Below are positions 21,799-32,964 of a stretch of 45,073 nt of DNA, piece after piece (the stretch's first letter is position 1; the number at the start of each line of letters is the position of its first letter). The stretch is taken from assembly GCA_025201805.1 (NCBI GenBank), contig MU619295.1:1-45073 (forward strand), written 5' to 3'. The position numbers were made by a program, and so were the translations under genes. The notes under the pieces were generated by a model. The model worked only from the letters and a program-made list of their open reading frames with translations. It ran no database searches and was not told the DNA's origin. The DNA comes from Parasitella parasitica NRRL 2501. Its lineage: Eukaryota; Fungi; Mucoromycota.

Positions 21799-23510
21799 TT
21801 TAGAATTAAAACTAGTTGCAAATATGGATGAAAGATTGAAAGAGAAACGAAAAGGAGGAATGTCGAATTAACCAGGTCTTATTTATAATGAGTTTTTGTT
21901 ATTGTATCCTAACTTCAAAATACATAATCATGAAAATTCGTCAAAAGAAAGTTTCTTACAACAAAAAGCCCTGGGAGATCACCAAGTCATTCCGCTGTTT
22001 TATATATAGTACTACTCGATCGGATGCTTTTGCTCGTTGTAATACGATTTTACATAGACACAATGAGTGTTAAATAAGGTGGGTCGAGATATATAAATTA
22101 ATTATATAGAAATTAATTCAATTACAAGATATAAAGGTCTTGCAATGATTATCAGAGCCCATATACGATATTGTTGCCAGTGGATTAATAAAAAAAACTC
22201 TTTGTAGTACCTGTTACATACAAGAAATATATTGCAATGCACCCAAATTAAATGTGTAACTATTATGAAGTATTTGGATAGTATGTAAGCAAATGCCAAT
22301 ATCCCACAGTAAACTAATAGATCTTGATCGTGCATTCAAAACAATGTAACAGCAGCGAACCTCGTATTTCGATTTCTGCCGAGGTAAAGTTATTTATTTG
22401 TGGATTACATTCCATGTTTACTACAAAGTGTATATAAACAATGACCAAAATATGGTCTTCTAAGGCCCTTTAATAAATAAACACTTATGTGTGAAAGAGT
22501 CATTTCATGAAAACAAAGACGACAGTACGAATCTGAATTGCAATTAGCATGATACAGACCATATAATGATTTTTGTTAGACTCTTCTCATTCCTCTATTA
22601 AAGCACGTAGAAAACTGCTTGTTTCCCAAGCATACAAAAATTTGTTGCTGTTTCAGCATAATTACATAATAGGTGTTGTTTATACATATTAGTAATACGG
22701 GTAGACACGTTCACTCGGGTTACAGCCATGGAACCTGCGTGTAATGCCTATTGATCGATCAGTTGGCCAAGGTAATATTAGAATTGTATTGGTTTATTTT
22801 CCATAATAGTTGTAACATTATCTAATACATTCACATAACTATTCTGCTAATGTCTAGTCTACTTTGTAGTAGTGATTGATACGAAAAAGAATATGCCATT
22901 TATATGTACAGATACTAACATCAATACAACCCAAACGCTACTTGATAAATGCCATGGTATTATTTGTCTCAATTGATACAATAAAAAACATATAATTTTC
23001 ATCTGCTTCCAGTTAATTACCTCATTTGTTTACCAGACGTAAATAAATGCCATGGAATATCCGGGAATTGATTATAGACAGGGCTACGTAACACTATGGC
23101 ATATAAAAACTCATGAAAAAGATCATTTGCGTCATATATCTACTTGTCTACCTATACACTATCATACAAGATCTATGAAATGTTTTCTTGATTTCGTGCC
23201 TGAATAAACGTGGTCTAATGACGACTTACATGACATAATTCTATTTGTTTATCTATTGATTGAAGTTTTATTACAGCGGTATTGCATTAATTTTTTGAAA
23301 ACGCATCAAGACCCTGCTTGTCACATGTTTTTGTAATTCAAAATATTGTATGCTTTATGTAAACATAAAGAACAGCCAAAACACATGCAGCTGGGCTCTT
23401 GACAACCAAATTAGTATTAGATACCACCGCGAAGCGGTGCATAGCACGTGCTTCCCAGGGTTTGCTTTCGCTTCGCGAAGCTTGTTAAAATTCTTTATTG
23501 AAGAAAAACA

Positions 23511-23736
23511 ATAGAAGACTTCAAAAAATATTGTGTTGTGAACATAATGGCCTACATCATCTTCCAGCAAAGAAATTTCATTGTCAACCATAATCTTTAT
23601 AAATAATAGAACACTCACATTTGAAAGCGCAACGTACAGTTGTCCGACATAAAGTGTTAGATACAACCTAACTGAGTCCAATGTTTAGCCTTGAGCATTA
23701 ATTCAATGAAAAGGCCAATCGATCAAGGAATTGAAT
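23511..23736 (-). pseudogene. Degenerate Helitron helicase C-terminus
   Basis: Reads IQFLDRLAFSL[frameshift]INAQG*TLDSVRLYL..GQLYVALS..IKIMVDNEIS..GHYVHNTIFFEVFY. This is colinear with IQFPVRLAFAMTINKSQGQTLNSVGLYL..GQLYVALS..IKVMISDDIS..GSYTHNIVYQEVFY in the ORF at 3-1703. Internal stop at 23685-23687. Confidence 0.92.
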
Positions 23737-23762
23737 TTACCTCATACATCAGGCTTTGAAGA

Positions 23763-24216
23763 ATAGACATTATTGTCAAAGCCCGCATTAAGGTTTCCAG
23801 CAACATTCAAACGATTAATCAACTCTTTTTCCGAATCAAAGATGCAAATCATCAGCCTCATCTAGAGACTGAAATTTGAATACGGACGTTTTAACTGCAA
23901 CAACTTTGATATACGCTGTTTGAGCTGGAATTAACGCGGCTGCTTGATGTCAAGTTTAGACTGTAAGTATTTTCATTGCTATTACTAAATATTCTTCAAC
24001 ATGCTATTTATTTTATTGTTTAGCAGAGAATTTCATCTCCAATGTGTTGCCGCAAATACCGATGATGATCAACGTGCACAATCCGGCCAAAAAATTGACA
24101 TTTATTGCAGAAAGTTCACAATTTTGCAATCAGTACTTGTGAAGTATTAGGTGTCAACTCCAAAACAAGTAGAATCCATTTTTCAGGCAATAGTAACAAA
24201 CTTACCAGAAAGGTGA
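23763..24216 (+). pseudogene. Possible decayed intron-containing cargo gene inside the Helitron derivative
   Basis: GTAAGT...TAG intron (23963-24023). One frame reads protein-like across it but has 4 internal stops. Confidence 0.35.
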
Positions 24217-24754
24217 GATCTATAATACACTTTATTAAAAAGAGCACTCCCACCCCAAATGCAACAGTATTTTTTTAAAAAAAAATATATAAAGGTTTAT
24301 GGCCTCCAGGTCTACTGTAATTAGGGTTTCAACGTTTTTAAATATAATATATATGATAAATAGAAATCTAATAATACTCTCATTCTCAACTATAGTAAAC
24401 ACTCTTTATATTTACAGCTTGACTCAAATTGGATACGGATATAGTGTGTTCGTTTTAGAAAAATCACTCTGAATCCCGATATTAGCATCACTCATCTAAC
24501 CCCAATTGTGCGCTTTCTAGGAATAAATCTGGAAACATCAGGAACAGGTTAATGGACATCCATTTCAATTAATTTCTTTTATCCTCCGGATTCATGATTC
24601 CGGATTCATGATTTATGAAACACATTGTGAATATACGAACTCATGAAAGCAAAAGTGTATATTGTTTAATAGAATTTTGGATAATTTTTAGTGTGGATTG
24701 ATACCGTCTAGTTTTAGGGTAAATTATTGAATCATGATTAGTCTAGTCTAGTTA

Positions 24755-25159
24755 TTATACAGCTGCACTGGGTGTTAGGCTTGCTTTGAGAGTTACATTT
24801 GGGTATTGCACTAATAAAGCTTCGAATTGCATGGATTTCTTTGTGACCAAAGCTGGTTTATTTGCTGGACCTGGTGAAGATTTTTTATTACCGTTTGGAG
24901 AGAATAACCCAGCGATTTTTTTAAAAAAACTTTCTCTATTATCGTCGTCTTTTTTATAACTTTTGTTATGATCCGTCGATATGCGGAACATTGGTCTTTG
25001 CTCGGTTTCCGTGTCATGGTGCAACGTTATCAAGCTTTTTGCTTGCTTTTTTGATTTCGATGCTCTTGCTAGTGATTTTCTGTCTATTATTTGGGATATA
25101 GCATGATCTATAAATGCTCTAGTGTTGATTGATACTTGATTTTGTCTATTTTTTATCAT
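24755..25159 (-). CDS. Hypothetical basic 134-aa protein
   Basis: Single ORF with an ATG in an AT-rich leader. The C-terminus FEALLVQYPNVTLKASLTP looks like a compact conserved motif. Confidence 0.6.
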   Translation of the reverse strand: MIKNRQNQVSINTRAFIDHAISQIIDRKSLARASKSKKQAKSLITLHHDTETEQRPMFRISTDHNKSYKKDDDNRESFFKKIAGLFSPNGNKKSSPGPANKPALVTKKSMQFEALLVQYPNVTLKASLTPSAAV

Positions 25160-25360
25160 AATGATTCTATGGATTTAATTTTAATCAAAGAAAGAGAAAT
25201 GGATGAAGCTCTATATTTGCAGATATTTATAATAAATTAGTCGATTGAGTAGGTGGTCTCATGGCATTAATGGCCCATTGTCTCTTTTATTGAATTCATT
25301 TTTTCAACTAATAATTTTCTTTAAATTAATTACATGGTACATGTTTGTACACTATTATAA

Positions 25361-25984
25361 TCAGATACTAGCACAATCACACGATTGATAGCAATAAGTT
25401 GCTGGACCTATCAATAAGCGTTTTAGCGATTGTTTTCAACTGTCAAAATTGACTATACTCACCATATAGGCTTACACAATCTGCGTTTGTGCGACTACAC
25501 AGCAGTTAGATGATCGATTAATATGCATATACTTTACTGTACACGTACCATTCACAATATCTGCTGCTGTGATTACTGCTTTGTGTCAATGCTGCTGCTA
25601 ACCCGATGATGATTGCAATTATTACAAGACAACATAAACATGAAGTTACACGTCTTTTTAAAGCAAGTTTTCGATTGTTTTTTGCTGAATAAAATTGTGT
25701 AACCGGATTGCGAGTAGGCTGCTCCTGATGCAGCGGTGGTGGTGGATAGGATAGCGGCTTTGGAGGTGGTTGGTAATATGTATGTCCTGGAAGGCTGTTT
25801 GCTTCTTCGTTGTATGCTGGAGGGGGAGGGGGAGGGGGAGGATGAGGGAGAGGAGGTCGTGGAGGGCTACTATAATTGATTGATGAACATAGATGTCTTT
25901 GAGTATATGTATTGGCACATGGAGAGCTGTAGTTACAAACAACATTTACCTACCCTCATGATATTGATCTTCTGCTGAATCCAT
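25361..25984 (-). CDS. Unannotated 153-aa type II single-pass membrane protein (Pro-rich/PPxY, TM, 6-Cys C-terminal mini-domain), 4 exons
   Basis: Exons 25984-25950, 25896-25549, 25494-25463 and 25407-25361. Introns of 53, 54 and 55 nt give an open 154-codon frame. The exon 1 junction is the least certain. Confidence 0.8.
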
Positions 25985-26132
25985 AGATAATATTACAGGG
26001 AGAAAAAACGCATTCCTCTTTTATTCATTGACACGCTATTTATCATATTTATCCGAAACATTCGCTAAAAATTCTTCGATTTATTTGTTATAGAAGCAAA
26101 GTTCATTAGAGTTTCATAAAGAGATAGGTTAA

Positions 26133-26615
26133 TTAAACTACAATTACAATGGTAAACATGATGGCAGCAAGCGTAATTGGAATACCCATGCTTGTGAGAC
26201 TTGCCATGCTTCCAGCTGGAGGCTGATTAGGAACGCTGGAAGGGAGGCCGGTGGCAGTATAAACCTGAGTATATGTTGCAGTAAATGTAGCAGGAGCGCT
26301 AGGAGGATAGTAGGTAGTCGATTGGCCATATGTAGCTGTAGGCCAAGATCCAGACCAAGTAGTAGAAGCTCCGTTGCCCCAGTTACTGTTGCTGTTATCC
26401 CCATCACCATTGTTGTCATCCCTGTCCCTGTCATTTTTGTTGTCATTGTCATTGTCCCAATCATAATCGTCATTATCCCAATCATTGTTATCATCCCAAT
26501 CTTCATGGTCGTCATCTTCACAGTGCTTGTGGTGGTGATTGGCAGCGACTTGAGTTACAATAAGGCATACAACAAAGACCATGAAAAATACAAATTTGGT
26601 AATAGATAATTTCAT
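26133..26615 (-). CDS. Putative GPI-anchored cell-surface protein with His/Asp/Asn-rich N-terminus
   Basis: Signal peptide, HHHKHCEDDDHED, DWD repeats, Ser/Thr/Pro stalk and a hydrophobic C-terminus (GSMASLTSMGIPITLAAIMFTIVIVV) with no cytosolic tail. Confidence 0.8.
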   Translation of the reverse strand: MKLSITKFVFFMVFVVCLIVTQVAANHHHKHCEDDDHEDWDDNNDWDNDDYDWDNDNDNKNDRDRDDNNGDGDNSNSNWGNGASTTWSGSWPTATYGQSTTYYPPSAPATFTATYTQVYTATGLPSSVPNQPPAGSMASLTSMGIPITLAAIMFTIVIVV

Positions 26616-27198
26616 TTTGGCTTTCCTAGTTTGATTTATTTGTTTGTTTAATGATAATGAAGATAAAGAGTCAAGTTTTCAAGCTCTTTATATACTAAAT
26701 GAACTCCAAATCTTGCGTTTAGCACAATTGGCGATATTCTGTAAAGACATCATCCGGCATGGTTACTGATGGTTGGGCAAGAACTGCTTATTCGATTACA
26801 ACACATTGCATCAATATGGGTTTGTGGTTTTTCTGCAACAATCTATATGATATTGATTTCAACCGTACATTACATAATAGAACTCCTTTGCTGATAATTA
26901 TGATGATAATGTTAATGATTCTGTGTACTCCTTTCTTTCATCCACGCCGTGCTTCTCTTGTATACACATACATCTACATTTCATACCAACATGTAAATCC
27001 GGCATTATGCAGCCAACAAAAAGATCAAATGATTACTGCAATTTATCACAGCTCCAAAGATGGTATGATGCCATGTATTAAATCAAGTAACAGGGGACGA
27101 TTGCATGCATGGAACATAAATCATATGTTGTCTTTTTTTTTAGTGCTTTTATTACTCATTAGAGCATTTCTGCTAATTATATATTTGCATATTCTAAT

Positions 27199-29416
27199 TC
27201 AGTTGATTCTCTTTTTGTAATTTTTCCATAATTCCTCACGTAAAACGAATTTCTGGACTTTACCTAATCTGATGGTTAGTAGACGTACATATCCTATAAT
27301 GTGTCATTGCGTAAAGCATGCCTTACCAGTGCTAAAGAATTTTTTTGTCGAGATAGTATCAGAAAACGGCCACTTGTAGTATGCATATATTAATCTTACC
27401 TTGTTTTAGGGATTTCTTTAGCAAACACAACTTTGGCGGGACACTATTATTTATCAAGTGGTATTCTTTTTTAGAAATAGTATTTAAACGATTTACATAA
27501 TTTGATATACCTTGTAGCCAGCCAAAGAATTTCTACAATGAAGAATAACAGTGGATTCGTCTAATGTTCTATCTCTCTTGAGTACGACAAAAGCAACAGG
27601 TCTTTCGCCCCATTTATCATCAGGACCAGCGACGATAGCACTGCAATCCTCGATTTTAAATATCGTCATCGTGAATATGTGTCAATCTTACCATTCTGAA
27701 ACTTGATCCAATTGAACAATTACACTTTCAACTTCGATGGAACTAATGTTCTCTCCACCTGAAACAATGACATCTTTGCTTCTATCAACAATCTCAATCG
27801 ATCCATCAGGGTGTCTGACAGCAAGATCACCTGTCCAATAAACCCCATTTCTAAATGCTTTCTTGGTTTCTTCAGGATTTCGATAATATCCCTTCATCAC
27901 AAGGTTTCCAGTAAAACAGATTTCTCCAACCTCTTTTCCATTGGGTTTTACGTCTATTGATGTGTCTATGTTCAAGACTCGAATTTCATCCGATGTGACA
28001 ATGTTGAAGCCAGGTCTGGCCAAAAGTTTCGCCTGTTCTTCTTCATTGTACTGTGAAAGTATGTAGTGATCATAGGTCAGTACAGCTGGACCTATATACG
28101 TATGATTTTCAGTCACTAGATTTGTATTTTTAGCAAATTTCACCTCACCGTAAGTCTCGGTCAAACCATAAACTTGCGTAGGCTTCAAATTCAAGGCCTT
28201 CATCCGCTGAATCAAGGTACTGGATAGAGCTGACCCTGAAAAAAAAAAGTGGATGCATTTAATATTTCATGCGCTCAATGAACAAGCATGGCACCAACCT
28301 CCACTATAAGCATTCACAGAATGCTCGAGTCGAACAGCATCTTCATGATTGCATATTTCGTTTTGAACCGTAGGCGCACCGTTGTAATGAGTGACTCCAT
28401 GCTCCTTGAGGAGCTTCCAAATGAGGGTATAGTCCAGTTTATTCAGCATGATCTGTGTACCACCAACGGCAACAATTGCCCAAGGGAACCCCCAACCTAA
28501 CAACAGACACAGGTTATTCCTTTTTGTTTTGTTTTGTTTTTATGTATGACCAGCAGGTATATACTTTCCATTACAATGAAACATTGGCAAGGTCCATAAA
28601 AACACGGTATTAGGCGAAAGTTGATCATGAATGGCCATTCCCAACGCCATCATATAAGCACCGCGATAAGTCACCATGACACCCTTGGGCCTACCTGTTG
28701 ATCCAGAGGTGTAATTGATAGAAATTATTTCATTTTCGTCTGCAGTAGTGGGAAGCTCGTTCCAACCAAGACGGCTGCTGCTGCTATTGGTTTTTAAAAT
28801 TACTTCGTAGGGATCTTGGCTTGCATCGTCTGAATCAGCAACCTCAATAAACCCAATGTTTGAGGCAGTCTTTGTCTTGTCTGTTAAGCGATCCATCAGC
28901 TCCGTCTGCACAATCATCACTGATACGCCTGAATGTTCAGCAACGTACTCGATTTCCTTTGCAACAAGACGGGTATTCATGGGAACACTAATGGCGCCGA
29001 TAGCGGGTATCGCGTATTGTGCTTCAATAAAGGCAGGGATATTCTGACAAAGAATGCCTACACGATCGCCAGGCTTTACTTGGTATGTTTTGATCAATAC
29101 GTGTGCAAGTGTTTTGACTCGTTCTGTTAATTGCAAATATGTAAAGCTCTTTTGTCGATGGATGATGGCCGTCTTGTGAGCATAGACCATGGCGCTTCGC
29201 AGTAAAAAACTGAGTGGATCCAATTTGGAAATGTAAGGTGCCTGATCCTGTCTTCTTTGAATACGTACTATACGTCTATTGCGTAAGTGAAAAGAGTGTG
29301 TTTTGTATTTCTATGACAGCATACATACATGATTCAAAATGAGGATTTTCGTTAGGGTTTAGGTGATGCTTGATGTTTTCCAAACGCTGTTTGGCTGCAT
29401 TGCTAGGATTTGCCAT
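27199..29416 (-). CDS. AMP-forming acyl-activating enzyme / acyl-CoA synthetase (ANL superfamily) with N-terminal PTS2, multi-exon
   Basis: YTSGSTGRPKGV, TLPMFHCNGWGFPW, YGLTETYG, TGDLA, DRSKDVIVSGGENISSIEVE, KWGERP and PKTSTGKVQK. Exon 1 encodes RLENIKHHL. Confidence 0.92.
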
Positions 29417-32400
29417 TTTGTAAATGAAGGAGACGAAAACAATACAAAAAGCCCTTTTTTCTTAAAAAAAAAACAGATATCTCTATTGCTGAATTTCCCA
29501 GGAGTTGTGCAACTGTGTGTAATAGGGCTGAATTGCAGTTACTGTATAACAGACATTGTCAAGTTTTGAATGAGCCATGCCCTGCAGACTTTGGACAGTT
29601 TTCATCTTGTATTGTACCTTTGGGAGGTGGCTTTTCTTACAAGCCCAATTGTTTATACGTAGATACAAAATGTGCATATTATTTGTCTGAAGAACCGCCT
29701 AAACCTTTTTTTTTTTTGTGTGTGAAAATCGATTGTGTAAACGTTTAGTCAGTGAGTGCATTATATCTCTTTTCGACTCTCTGAAGATGAACTTTATACC
29801 GTGATAAAAAAAGACTTAAAGTGCATCTCTCATGTCGTACACAAATGCTTTTAAATAGGCTGTACAAACATATATAATGAAATGCCATTTTTATCAAGTT
29901 TCGAAGCTTTCAGTTAATCAGTATAATGGAAAACATGGGCTGTAAAAATCCTTGGCTGTAAAATCTTTTGGCTATTTTGGGAAATTAAACAAAGAAATGC
30001 ATTTGAGGGCACTCTAGTCAGTCTCCCGCCACAATGAAGAATCAAGACTAACAAACGGAAGAGGCGGGACCTTGAACCAGTGACATCAAACAACTCGCTT
30101 TTATCTGTTGTTGATCCTGTCGTCAGAGTTCAAAGACATCAAGTGTCTCTGTTCAAAGAATGCTGGATAGTTTCTTTCAATTCATGCGAGACACTGTCAA
30201 AATCTGGTACGATATGAATATAAAAGTGTAAAAATTGTCTGGGCTTTCCTTGTAACCCTCGATGAAAACAGCTGATAACTTGATGAAATATTTTTGTTTT
30301 TAAACAATCAAAATTGCAGTTTTTCAATAGCAATAGAAGCATCGTGCAGCTGCAGCAAACATGCCACGTATCATTTTTTCAAAAACATGAAGAATCTATT
30401 CTTTGAATACTTTAAAGCTTACATATTCATGCTGTAAAGAGAATGTCAAGATATAATAGTTTTTATGTAGGGACAATCCAGTTTTCCTAATATTATCTGT
30501 AGGCATGGAAAAATATAGTCTACAGGTATACAATATATGCGTTTATAAGTGCATATTTAATTTCTATGGCACAATATTGGGTTCAATTGTTATATAAGCT
30601 TTAGAAAATACTTCAGGAAAAGAATGTATATGTCGAGCATTGTTTCAGGCGCCATGATCACACATAAGAGCGTTGGTATATACAGCAGCCAAAACAACTT
30701 TTACCTTCTCAATAACAATTTCAACTATTGCCGAGTTCAATAAAAAATGATGTGATTTAAAAATTATTCAATTTACATTTATGCATGTCCTCTTTTTCAT
30801 GTAAAGCATCACGCCGTCCACAAAAACGACGGTTGATTCGATCCAAGTGTGCTTTCAATTGATTGTTTGCTCTCTCAGATCATCAAAAATCAGTGATTTC
30901 AGTATCGAATTCGATCATTTTTAATTTTTTTGGCGTCGCCAAGCGGCCCTCCTATAGAAAATAACGCCCAATAATTTATTTCAAGTATATTAGTTGACAG
31001 TAAATACTAAGGTCACCACACGGATCACTTGATTGTAAAGCAAACGTGCACATACAGAATTCACAAAGAACGAGTAGATTTAGCATGCATAAAATAACAG
31101 GATTGAGCCTTTATTATTGTCCAGTTGGGCTGAGGTACATTAATGTGTTATTAACTAGTAATTGAGGAGCATATCTATGTTTAAACATTGGCGTATAGCG
31201 ATGCTGGTTGTATCAGAAGATCAACAAAGAAAGAACTGTTTGCATTGGTATTTACATGAAATGCAGCAGGTATACAAGTTTTTTTATTTTTCGTTCTGCA
31301 GGTGACCCCAAACACTGATATTCTATTCACTTCTGCTTTGCTGCAGGGAAATCAGCGTATTCGCGCACGTCCAAACATTCGGATCAATGACCCAAGAAGG
31401 AAAGTTTTCTTTACATGTACTTCTCGTTTTGCGCATCTGTTATTTTTCACAGGGGAAAAATTGTCCAGGGCAATGTTTTTTTTTCATGCATTATGAAAAA
31501 ATACACATGGCAGCATTTCTTTATTCTTTTTGCTCGCTGTTAGTATTAATATAGATAAAACGGTATTTTTTTTTTGTTTATATCTGTTATTTGTTTACAC
31601 TTAGTATAATTTTTACTTTTCACTTTCTGTGTAACAAACATGATTCTTTTTGTACATATCAACTTGTGAAACTACGTTGTCACACTGGGAAACGCAAATT
31701 TAATGCTAATGATCAATGTAAATGCCAATTGATTATGACGACATGGACAAACGAGGCGAGTTGATTTCATAAAAGAAAACACATGTATGAGCTGAATCAA
31801 GACCTTGAGTAAACGAATCTGCAATATAAGCAAGGGGGGATAGAGTATAAAGAAAAAACATATCATTGTCATTTGCAAATCAATGTAATATACGATTACA
31901 ACAACAATGGAACTGAAAACGAAAAAGAAAAAAAGAAAAAAAAACTAAAACTTTAATAACTGGTGTGAAATGTAACATATGTAGGGCATTTCATTATTGT
32001 TGTTTACAAACAGAAAATGGAAGAGGAAAAACCCTGAAAATACTAAAATGTTGAATCAATAGTTTGTGTTGATAGGAGCAATAGAATTCTACCAAAAGGA
32101 GCATCAAGCTACTTTGGTAAGAGCCAGGTTGGAATAAACGTGCATATCTCACAAACAACTGTTGATTTCAACGGCTGCTTTACTTTTTTTTTTTTTTTTG
32201 ATTAGGCTAGCTATCCCTCTAGCCGAAAAATGATATTTAATTGTAAGATGGGTTTGATTAACTTGTATCACATTTGCTAATAATTGACTGCATACAGAAA
32301 CGGCTATTGGTCTAGAGGGGGAAGGGAGCGTCATCGTATAGAATATAACGTAGAGATGATAAACATTGCATACCCTTAGATGAACGACGAACAAACGGAG

Positions 32401-32964
32401 CTATGATCCCATCAGGAAATAAAAAAAAAAAAAAAAAGAAAAATCCCCCCAAACGGAGCAATCCGAGAAGCGAGATTTTTTTTCTTGTATAACTCGAACC
32501 AGTTTTCACTTGCCAAGATGCGGCTATTATACGCTGGATGAAGCACCTCTTTTCAATAGCGTCGTTCTGCTACTTTATTTTGGTAAGAATCAGCAATTGT
32601 ACCATATGACATTTTGGTGTTGAACATCAAATGAGCCACAATTAGACCCAACCTTTGAGGTTTTCCCTATGTGGCGCTATTGATCGATTACATCTTATGA
32701 ACCATATATGGATTCAGTATATAAAGGAGATGTTTGTATGTTATTTTTCATGAAAAAAGGTTATTTTGAAAAAAAGGAACGTACTTTTTTGCGCTCATTT
32801 AACCTAATTTATTATATATTTCAAACTTGTGTTTATAATCTTACTCTTCTTCTTCTTTTCCCTTTGTCTTCTATACAAAACATCAATTAAACGTTCTTCT
32901 TCTGCTCACCGTCTTCATCATTTTCAAAACGACTCAATTATACGTCAATATCAATCATTTCTCC

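Larger units (their letters stand above)
23411..24356 (-). mobile_element. Non-autonomous, internally deleted Helitron derivative
   Basis: On the minus strand: candidate 5' end A|TCATATATATTATATTTAAAA (24356), a helicase C-terminal remnant, the hairpin CACCGC-TTC-GCGGTG (23439-23425), then CTAA|T (23414-23410). The 3' end is well supported; the 5' end is tentative. Confidence 0.7.

Noticed and set aside
24586-24612. Direct repeat CCGGATTCATGAT x2
   Set aside because: A simple local duplication with no further structure.
25658-25945. 95-aa ORF in the track
   Set aside because: Wrong frame; it overlaps the spliced 153-aa gene.
30020-30350. Possible gag or transposase relic
   Set aside because: Several frames look vaguely protein-like but none has a diagnostic motif.
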